Origin: a bacterium
Lineage (GTDB): Bacteria; Zhuqueibacterota; Zhuqueibacteria; Oceanimicrobiales; Oceanimicrobiaceae
Direction of reading: 5' to 3'
DNA length: 11,744 nucleotides
Assembly: GCA_046757525.1 (NCBI GenBank)
Contig: JBHHYI010000129.1
Coordinates: 1-11,744, forward strand
Numbering within the stretch: the first letter of the stretch is position 1; every line of letters begins with the position of its first letter. This document shows, one piece after another, positions 1 through 6,474 of this stretch. The notes beneath the pieces were generated by a model that did no database searches, was not told the DNA's origin, and saw only the letters and a list, made by a program, of their open reading frames with translations. The position numbers were made by a program, and so were the translations under genes.

Positions 1-58
1 TTGAAACGTTTTCATAAAGAATATATCAAACCGAGAATAAATTTGCAATCAAAATTGC

Positions 59-87
59 TTGACTTAATTGTGTGCAATGATTACTTT
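59..87 (+). promoter_or_regulatory. Candidate sigma70 promoter for the GHKL ATPase gene
   Basis: TTGACT (59-64), 17 bp spacer, TACTTT (82-87), about 60 bp upstream of the ATG at 148, in an AT-rich leader. Confidence 0.4.
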
Positions 88-147
88 TATTGTGTGAAAT
101 CAACCTTCCGCAGTGAAATGGCCTAATGCACAAGATTCTTGATTATT

Positions 148-1665
148 ATGGCAGTCGAATCCCACACGACCCTCCAGGTCACGGTTGACAAGAGTCATAT
201 CACTACCCTCGGTGAACGGCTTTACACGGAGAGCATCGAGCTTATTCGGGAGCTGGTGAACAATGCCTATGATGCGGATGCTACCGAAGTCAGAGTCACC
301 ATTCAACCGGAATACATTAAGGTCGAAGATGATGGCACGGGCATGGATTGGGAGGGCTTGCAACAATACTTCAATATCGGGTCTCAGGAAAAATTGCACC
401 ACAGCAAATCGCCCAAATACCACCGTGACCGGATTGGACAATTTGGCATCGGCAAATTTGCCAGCCTGGCTGCCTGCGACCGATTTGAAGTTTACACGCA
501 GAAGCAAGCTTTCGCTGCCAGAGTTACTTTCGACAAGCATAGTTGGTCGCAAGAGGGCGCGACCTGGGACCTGCCTGTTCAGATTGAGACCCCCGACGAG
601 AAGCGCGGCACCGGTACTACGGTGACGCTGCTGAATCTAAACCGGACATTTGACCAGGACCTTATTCGGCAAAAAATCTTGGAAAGCGTTCCTATTCAAG
701 CCAGGAATTTTGCCGTTTTTGTCAACGGGAAACGGGTGGTCATGGCGAAAGTGCCCGGGCACCGTGTGCCGTTCCTGGAAGGCACGCCGTTTGGACCCGT
801 TCACGGCGAAGTGGTCATCGTGCCGGTTTCGCAAGCGTCGGCCGACGAGATGGGCATCCAGGTACGCGTCAAGGGTGTGGTGGTGCGACAGGAGTATTTC
901 GGCATTCAAGGCTGGGGCAAGGACGGTGCGCGCATTCGAGGCGAGGTCAACGCGGATTTTCTCATCGTCACCAGCGACCGCAGCGGCTTTCGCACCGATG
1001 TGCCAGAATACCAAGCCTTTGAAACGGTCATGCAGAAAATCATGGAAGAAGTGAGGACCCAGTTGGGACGCCTGTCGGACCGCAAGGAGACGCAAAAAGT
1101 CAAACGCGCTCTTAAAGAGGCCATCACTCGCATTCAAAAAGCGTTGGGTCACCACCCGGAGTTTATCGACTCCGGCATGCTGCCCATCGGGGAAGCCACC
1201 GACGCAGTGGGAGAGCCGGGTGAAATTGCACCAGCGGTAGAAGACTCAGCTACTGAGCCCGAGGAGGAGGACAGCAGCACGACACCGGAAGGCCCCGAGG
1301 AGCCGGAGGAAGACAAAGTTGCGGAGGCCCGCGAAGATTACGCTGAAAAAGCCGAAAAGCAGCCGCGTGTCAAAAGACTTTCCAGCAGCGCCGTGATTCG
1401 AAAAATCAAGGTGGGCGATTTCCTGGTCACCTGTTGTTTGGATCATTTCGGCGAGGAGGGACCGGAATGTTTTACCCAGTCCCAAATCATTTACATCAAC
1501 CGCGACCATCCGTTGTACAAAAGGGAATCGAAACAAAAAGTTACCCACACCATGTACCTGGCGCGACTGTTGAGCCAGGAAATCGCCCTGATGAGAAACC
1601 CACCCGATGCCAGGACCGCATTTCAAAAACAAAGCGACCTGCTGCGGGAAGCCTTTGCTGAATAG
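148..1665 (+). CDS. GHKL-superfamily ATPase (HATPase_c_3 / prokaryotic MORC-like) with S5-like domain, acidic linker and C-terminal domain
   Basis: All four Bergerat-fold motifs are visible: IRELVNNAYDADA (I), VEDDGTGM (II), RIGQFGIGKFA (III), GTGTTVTL (IV). They are followed by a transducer-like region (GIQVRVKG...RIRGEVNADFL...DRSGF), an acidic linker and IYINRDHPLY near the C-terminus. The ATG at 148 is preferred over the TTG at 139; the start is uncertain. Confidence 0.8.
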   Translation: MAVESHTTLQVTVDKSHITTLGERLYTESIELIRELVNNAYDADATEVRVTIQPEYIKVEDDGTGMDWEGLQQYFNIGSQEKLHHSKSPKYHRDRIGQFGIGKFASLAACDRFEVYTQKQAFAARVTFDKHSWSQEGATWDLPVQIETPDEKRGTGTTVTLLNLNRTFDQDLIRQKILESVPIQARNFAVFVNGKRVVMAKVPGHRVPFLEGTPFGPVHGEVVIVPVSQASADEMGIQVRVKGVVVRQEYFGIQGWGKDGARIRGEVNADFLIVTSDRSGFRTDVPEYQAFETVMQKIMEEVRTQLGRLSDRKETQKVKRALKEAITRIQKALGHHPEFIDSGMLPIGEATDAVGEPGEIAPAVEDSATEPEEEDSSTTPEGPEEPEEDKVAEAREDYAEKAEKQPRVKRLSSSAVIRKIKVGDFLVTCCLDHFGEEGPECFTQSQIIYINRDHPLYKRESKQKVTHTMYLARLLSQEIALMRNPPDARTAFQKQSDLLREAFAE

Positions 1666-1675
1666 CCGGGAGCTT

Positions 1676-3226
1676 TCACGAAATCTTTTCCGACATGGAC
1701 TTGGCCTGCAAAAACAAAAGCAAATAATCCCGCCCGCCGGCTTTTGAATCCGTGCCACTCATGTTGAAACCGCCGAAGGGATGCCCACCCACCAAAGCGC
1801 CGGTGCATTTCCGGTTGAAATAGAGATTGCCGACGTGGAAGACTTTTTTTGCTTCGGCGATTTTTTCCTGGTTTTGAGTGTAAACGGCACCAGTAAGCCC
1901 ATATTCGGTGTCGTTGGCGATCTCCAGGGCGTGGTCGAAATCTCTGGCTTTTAGGACCGCAAGCACCGGCGCGAAGATTTCTTCCTGCGCCAATCTGGCT
2001 TTTGAATCCACGTCCACGAAAATGGTGGGTTGGATGTAGTAGCCGGTCTCTGGCCCTGTTTCGCCGCCCAAAACGAGCTTGCCTTCCTGCTTGCCGATCT
2101 CGATGTATTTTAAGGTCTTTTCCTGAGCGGCCTGGTTGATGACGGCCCCGAGGTAGTTTTCCGGGTTTTGTACCGGTCCCATCTTGATCTGTCTGGCCTG
2201 TGCCACCAATTTTTCGACGAATTCGTCATAAACCGTCGCATCCACAATAGCGCGCGAGCAAGCTGAGCATTTTTGTCCCTGAAATCCAAACGCTGAGGCA
2301 TTGACCCCTTCCACGGCATCATCGATGTTTGCCTCCCGGTCTACAATGATGGCGTCTTTGCCACCCATTTCGGCCACCACGCGTTTGATCCAAATCTGGC
2401 CCTTTTGTGGCTTCGCGGCCAGTTCGTTGATTCGCAGTCCTACCTCCCTGGAGCCGGTAAACGTAATGAATCGAATCTTTGGGTGCGAGACCAGGTAATC
2501 GCCGATGGCCGCGCCGCTGCCCGGAATGTAATTCAAAACGCCGGCAGGCAGCCCGATCTCCTGCATGATTTCCACCAATTTGTGTCCCACAGTAGGCGAA
2601 TCGCTGGCCGGTTTGAGCAGCACGCAGTTGCCGGCGACGATGGCCGCGGAGGTCATGCCGGTGAGGATGGCCATCGGGAAATTCCAGGGCGGAATGACCG
2701 CGCCAACCCCCAACGGAATGTAGACCAATTCGTTTCTTTCGCCAGGGACCGGGGTCAGGGGCTGCTTGGCAGCATAGCGCAGCATTTCTCTGCCGTAAAA
2801 CTCCAGAAAGTCAATGGCCTCAGCCGTGTCCGCATCCGCTTCGACCCAATTCTTGCCCGTTTCGAAAACCATCCAGGCGTTGATCTCCAGTTGGCGGCGG
2901 CGCATGACCCCTGCTGCTCGAAACAAGTAATCTGCCCGTGCCTCCGGGTCTACCTGACTCCAGGATTTGAAGGCTTTTTGTGCGGCTGCCAGCGCCCGGT
3001 CCACTTCCTGAGTTCCGGCTTTGTGACAGGCGCCAACCACCTGCTCCTTTTCACACGGGTTAAAAGATTTGAATATCTCGTCGGTCTTGACTTCTTGCCC
3101 GTCGATGTAAAGCGGGTAGACGCGATCAAATTCGTGCTCGACCTGTGCGAGCGCCTCGAGCATTCTTTGTCGATTGTCTTCCCGGGTAAAATCCGTTAAA
3201 GGATGGTTCTTGAATTCTGCAATCAT
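1676..3226 (-). CDS. pruA: L-glutamate gamma-semialdehyde (1-pyrroline-5-carboxylate) dehydrogenase, RocA/PruA type, aldehyde dehydrogenase family
   Basis: ALDH motifs PPWNFP, FTGS, EMGGK, catalytic GQKCSACSR and EEIFAP, plus the family-typical EADADTAEAIDFLEFY and HPFGGFNMSGTDSKAGG. The start is moved to the ATG at 3226 because AGGAGGA (3231-3237, minus strand) precedes it. Confidence 0.93.
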   Translation of the reverse strand: MIAEFKNHPLTDFTREDNRQRMLEALAQVEHEFDRVYPLYIDGQEVKTDEIFKSFNPCEKEQVVGACHKAGTQEVDRALAAAQKAFKSWSQVDPEARADYLFRAAGVMRRRQLEINAWMVFETGKNWVEADADTAEAIDFLEFYGREMLRYAAKQPLTPVPGERNELVYIPLGVGAVIPPWNFPMAILTGMTSAAIVAGNCVLLKPASDSPTVGHKLVEIMQEIGLPAGVLNYIPGSGAAIGDYLVSHPKIRFITFTGSREVGLRINELAAKPQKGQIWIKRVVAEMGGKDAIIVDREANIDDAVEGVNASAFGFQGQKCSACSRAIVDATVYDEFVEKLVAQARQIKMGPVQNPENYLGAVINQAAQEKTLKYIEIGKQEGKLVLGGETGPETGYYIQPTIFVDVDSKARLAQEEIFAPVLAVLKARDFDHALEIANDTEYGLTGAVYTQNQEKIAEAKKVFHVGNLYFNRKCTGALVGGHPFGGFNMSGTDSKAGGRDYLLLFLQAKSMSEKIS

Positions 3227-3273
3227 GTATTCCTCCTTCACCAATTACCGTAAAATCAAAACTTGTCAAACCG

Positions 3274-3302
3274 AAGATAATCAATTAGGATTAATTTTTC
3301 AA
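3274..3302 (-). promoter_or_regulatory. Candidate sigma70 promoter for pruA
   Basis: The minus strand reads TTGAAA (3302-3297), 17 bp spacer, TATCTT (3279-3274), about 48 bp upstream of the pruA ATG. Confidence 0.45.
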
Positions 3303-3423
3303 GGTTTATGATCATCGAACAGATAGGGCGTGAAAAATGTCTTGCTTCTGTTGCAAAAAGTTGTAGTTTACTGCAAAATTCATTGGTTACCGTTCCATCA
3401 GACTTCTGCAAGATGTAGATTCT

Positions 3424-3710
3424 TTGTCATTTCGAGGAGTCCGGTGGTTGCCCATAGGCGTCAACTTAGACCGCAGCTCCCGTGGGGCTGCCCAAAAAGA
3501 CCCATTTTTGTGTCATTCCCGCGGAAGCGGGAATCTATAACCTGTTGATTTTTCTGGATTCCTGCTTTCGCAGGAATGACAAATTTATAGTTCTGAAAAC
3601 CTGAAGTACCAACGAGAATCTCTTAAGCTGACGCCAAAAGGCAGTTGCCGGACGACGAGAAATCTGTTATTATTGAAGTAACAGATTTCTCCCTTCGGTC
3701 GAAATGACAA
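3424..3710. repeat. GTCATTTCGA-type palindromic (REP/RPE-like) element
   Basis: Perfect 12 bp IR TTGTCATTTCGA (3424-3435) / TCGAAATGACAA (3699-3710), and an internal perfect 13 bp hairpin GAGAAATCTGTTA (3657-3669) / TAACAGATTTCTC (3679-3691). Confidence 0.8.
3511..3581. repeat. GTCATTCCCGC-type REP-like doublet (dRS3/RPE-like)
   Basis: Two inverted 27 bp units, TGTCATTCCCGCGGAAGCGGGAATCTA (3511-3537) and TGGATTCCTGCTTTCGCAGGAATGACA (3555-3581), 23/27 identical, each a self-contained hairpin. 3515-3534 fits ATTCCC-N8-GGGAAT exactly. Confidence 0.85.
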
Positions 3711-3761
3711 TTTGAGTTATTTTGCAGAAGGCTATACCGTTTTGTCAGAAAGGAGGCTTTT

Positions 3762-4370
3762 ATGTTAAACTACGTCTGGCTGGGGTTGATGGCCATTGCG
3801 ATCGTGGTAGGAACTATAAACGGCAGGCTGCCGGAAGTTACCAAAGCGGCATTCGACATGGCGGGCACGTCTGTCAACATTGCCATCGGGCTGATCGGAA
3901 TCATGGCCTTGTGGCTCGGTATCATGAAAATCGCTGAAGATAGCGGCCTGGTCAAGGTGTTAGCCAAAATCATCAAACCGATCAGCAAACGGCTGTTTCC
4001 GGACGTGCCGTCGGATCACCCGGCCATTGCTTCGATCCTGCTGAATCTTAGCGCCAACTGGTTGGGGCTTTCTAATGCGGCCACTCCACTGGGTCTAAAA
4101 GCCATGGAAGAGCTGCAAAAGCTCAATGAAAAGAAAGAGACGGCCACTAATGCCATGGTCACCTTTCTGGCCATGAACACGGCCTCCATTACGCTCATTC
4201 CTGCGACCATTTTAGGGGTACGCATCTCCTTGCACTCGCAGAATCCCCAGGAAATCATCGGGACTTCTATCTTCGCTTCGGTCTGTGCGACCCTTGTAGC
4301 GGTCCTGGCTTCGAAATTGTTGGAAAAGGTACCGATCTTTAGAAAGGAAGTCGATTCGAATTCCAACTAA
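3762..4370 (+). CDS. spmA: SpmA-like membrane protein (spore maturation protein A / nucleoside-recognition Gate domain)
   Basis: Starts MLNYVW; carries LWLGIMKIAE, LFPDVP..HPA, ANWLGLSNAATPLGLKAMEELQ and FLAMNTASITLIP. RBS AGGAGG at 3751-3756. Followed by spmB. Confidence 0.9.
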   Translation: MLNYVWLGLMAIAIVVGTINGRLPEVTKAAFDMAGTSVNIAIGLIGIMALWLGIMKIAEDSGLVKVLAKIIKPISKRLFPDVPSDHPAIASILLNLSANWLGLSNAATPLGLKAMEELQKLNEKKETATNAMVTFLAMNTASITLIPATILGVRISLHSQNPQEIIGTSIFASVCATLVAVLASKLLEKVPIFRKEVDSNSN

Positions 4371-4402
4371 TCCCGCAACGACTCTAATCCAAAGGAGACC
4401 AA

Positions 4403-4945
4403 ATGAGCGACCTATTCCGTCAGCTTATGAAAACCATTTCCGATTTAGCCATTCCGTTGATCTTGTTCCTGGTCGTCGGATATGGTTTCTTTAAGAAAGT
4501 CAAGATCTACGAATCGTTTGTTGATGGCGCCAAAGGAGGGTTTGAAGTGGCGATCAAAATAATCCCTTATTTAGTTGCCATTTTGGTGGCGATCGGCATG
4601 TTCAGGGCGTCCGGTGCCATGGACTATTTTGTGGCGATTATTGCGCCGGTGACCAAGCTGATTGGCATGCCTGCCGAAGCGTTGCCGGTGGCTCTCCTGC
4701 GTCCACTCTCCGGCAGTGGCACGCTGGGGTTGGTGACCGAACTCATGAAAACCCACGGTCCCGATTCCTTCATCGGGCGCCTGGTTTCTACCATGTACGG
4801 CAGCACCGAAACGACTTTTTACGTGCTGGCGGTTTATTTTGGATCGGTAGGGATCAAGAAAACCCGTCACGCCGTACCCGCCGGCCTTCTGGCCGATGCC
4901 GCAGGATTGCTGGCCGCCCTGTTCATTTGCCGGCTGGTGTTTTAG
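4403..4945 (+). CDS. spmB: SpmB-like membrane protein (spore maturation protein B)
   Basis: Motifs YESFVDGAKGG, IIPYLV, FRASGA, RPLSGSG and GSTETTFYVLAVYFGSVGIKKTRHA. RBS AAGGAG at 4392-4397; 32 bp downstream of spmA. Confidence 0.9.
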   Translation: MSDLFRQLMKTISDLAIPLILFLVVGYGFFKKVKIYESFVDGAKGGFEVAIKIIPYLVAILVAIGMFRASGAMDYFVAIIAPVTKLIGMPAEALPVALLRPLSGSGTLGLVTELMKTHGPDSFIGRLVSTMYGSTETTFYVLAVYFGSVGIKKTRHAVPAGLLADAAGLLAALFICRLVF

Positions 4946-6123
4946 CGGTGGCTGAGAACTTCTTTTGTAATTCTCAGCAGTTCCGTCACTTCCCACGGTT
5001 TCGCCACGAATGATTCGGTGCCCTCGTCAATAATGGTTTGAACGGTGGTATCTTTGGTGTAGCCACTGGTCAGGATAATCTTGGTATCGGATTCTTTGGT
5101 TTTTAGCTCGTTGTAAACCTGCGCGCCGTCGAGCCCGGGCATAATCAAATCCAGGATCACCAACTTGATCTCTTCCTCGCACTCATTGAAGACCCTGAGG
5201 GCAGAGCTCCCATCTTCGGCCAACAGTACCCGATAGCCTTTTTTCTCAAAGATTTTTTTTGCGATTTCCCTTAAGTCTTTTTCGTCGTCTACCACCATGA
5301 TCAACTCGCCTTCCCCTAACAGGTCCTCGCTGTCACGCCGTTTTTTGCTGTTTGAGTGAGCCTCTTGCGCCACAGGCATGGCCACGGTAAAAGTTGAACC
5401 CTTGTCTTCTTCAGATAGGACTTTAATCTCACCTTTATGGTGTCGCACAATTCCGTCGACCACCGTGAGTCCAAGGCCGCTGCCAATCCCTTCTTCTTTG
5501 GTGGTAAAAAACGGTTCAAAAATGAAAGGCAGAAGTTCTTCCTTGATGCCAGTACCGGTGTCCTGAATCTTAAAAACGATCTCGTCGTTTAGAAGTTCGG
5601 TTTCTATGGTGATGTGGCCGTCACCGATGATGGCATCTCGGGCGTTTAAGCAGAGGTTCATCAGGGCCTGACTCAATAAGGCGTAATTGGCCCAGATTTT
5701 TCTTGATTTATGATTGAAGTGGACAGATAGGGAAACCTTTTTCTTCAAGCTGTTTTCAAATATGGTCACCACGTCCTGGATTACTTCCTCCGGGTCTATG
5801 GCCCGTTTTTTAACGATCTTATCGTCGGAAATGATGAGCAGTTGGGTCAAGATTTTAGCGGCGCGTTTGGACGCACTTTCTATTTCGCACGCTTGTTTAA
5901 ACGCGTTAGAAGTCGGCTCCAGCTCTTCTTGTAGCAGTTGTGAGTAGCCCAAAATGCCGCCGAGGATATTGTTCAGCTTGTGAGCAATGTCCCCGGTAAA
6001 CTTTCCGATACAGGCCAACTTTTGCGTGCTCAAGAACTTTTCAACGTGATCTTGTTCGGAATGCGCACTTCTCAGTATCTTGTCAACGGTCGATCTCAAA
6101 GCGTGTAGCCGTACTGATTTCAT
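4942..6123 (-). CDS. Cytoplasmic hybrid histidine kinase/response regulator (HisKA-HATPase_c-REC, CckA-like) with no sensor domain
   Basis: H-box GDIAHKLNNILGGI, N-box QALMNLCLNARDA, G1 DTGTGI, F-box IFEPFFTTK, G2 GSGLGL. Receiver motifs VVDDE, VILDLIMP, TSGY and KPW. The stop codon overlaps the spmB stop. Confidence 0.9.
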   Translation of the reverse strand: MKSVRLHALRSTVDKILRSAHSEQDHVEKFLSTQKLACIGKFTGDIAHKLNNILGGILGYSQLLQEELEPTSNAFKQACEIESASKRAAKILTQLLIISDDKIVKKRAIDPEEVIQDVVTIFENSLKKKVSLSVHFNHKSRKIWANYALLSQALMNLCLNARDAIIGDGHITIETELLNDEIVFKIQDTGTGIKEELLPFIFEPFFTTKEEGIGSGLGLTVVDGIVRHHKGEIKVLSEEDKGSTFTVAMPVAQEAHSNSKKRRDSEDLLGEGELIMVVDDEKDLREIAKKIFEKKGYRVLLAEDGSSALRVFNECEEEIKLVILDLIMPGLDGAQVYNELKTKESDTKIILTSGYTKDTTVQTIIDEGTESFVAKPWEVTELLRITKEVLSHR

Positions 6124-6380
6124 AAGTCACCACCGATCTGTTTGCGTTAGTTCATGATGTCAATGCCAGCGCAAATCTCTCAATTTTTTTGGGCAAATGC
6201 AAGCCTAAAATGCAATCTTGCTATAATTTAAAATAAATTATTACAATAAGTTAGAAATAGGCCCTTTAAAGATTAATTACAGAACCCAGCGTCAGGTAGG
6301 GGCAAGGACAGGACTTGTTATTAACGACTCTTTACATTTGCTGCCTACGCAGACAAAAGGTTAAATTCTTAAGTTATTCG

Positions 6381-6414
6381 GGCAATCGGGTCGAAGTTGT
6401 TAAGGCCGATTGCC
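6381..6414. terminator. Stem-loop downstream of the methyltransferase gene; possible terminator
   Basis: Perfect 9 bp IR GGCAATCGG (6381-6389) / CCGATTGCC (6406-6414), 60 bp past the stop at 6475. The loop is long (16 nt) and there is no clean U-tract. Confidence 0.3.
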
Positions 6415-6474
6415 TCGCAGGATTAATCTCACCAGGCGCGGGATTTTGCCAGACCGGCGAGCAAACTGAAATAT

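Larger units (their letters stand above)
3400..3733. mobile_element. Non-autonomous MITE-like composite of nested inverted repeats
   Basis: Outer IR AGACTTCTGCAA (3400-3411) / TTGCAGAAGGCT (3722-3733), 11/12 match, encloses four further concentric IR pairs. There is no convincing coding capacity, and no clear adjacent target-site duplication was seen. Confidence 0.6.

Noticed and set aside
1..15. TGAAACGTTTTCA dyad (LacI/cre-like), or the start of a minus-strand gene (ATG at 15, MKTFQ)
   Set aside because: It lies at the window edge. The dyad is one base short of the usual 14 bp and there is no RBS for the ATG, so it cannot be resolved.
3330..3548. 72 aa ORF (+) in the pruA-spmA gap
   Set aside because: It runs through the palindromic repeats (…VSFPRKRES… is just the repeat translated) and has no protein-like features.
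3400..3733. CRISPR array or integron attC interpretation of the repeats
   Set aside because: The repeats are inverted and nested rather than direct with unique spacers. No cas or integrase gene and no attC core sites were seen.
3387..3741. TACCGTT on both flanks of the nested element as a target-site duplication
   Set aside because: The copies are not symmetrically adjacent to the outer IRs, so this cannot be called a TSD without an empty-site comparison.
6228..6256. AT-rich stretch vaguely like a dif/Xer site
   Set aside because: It lacks a proper 11-6-11 dyad and the XerD arm consensus.
6282..6312. GAACC...GTCAGGT resembling the SRP (4.5S) RNA helix 8 lead-in
   Set aside because: The required CCGGAAGGAAGCAGC-type tetraloop and symmetric loop are absent.
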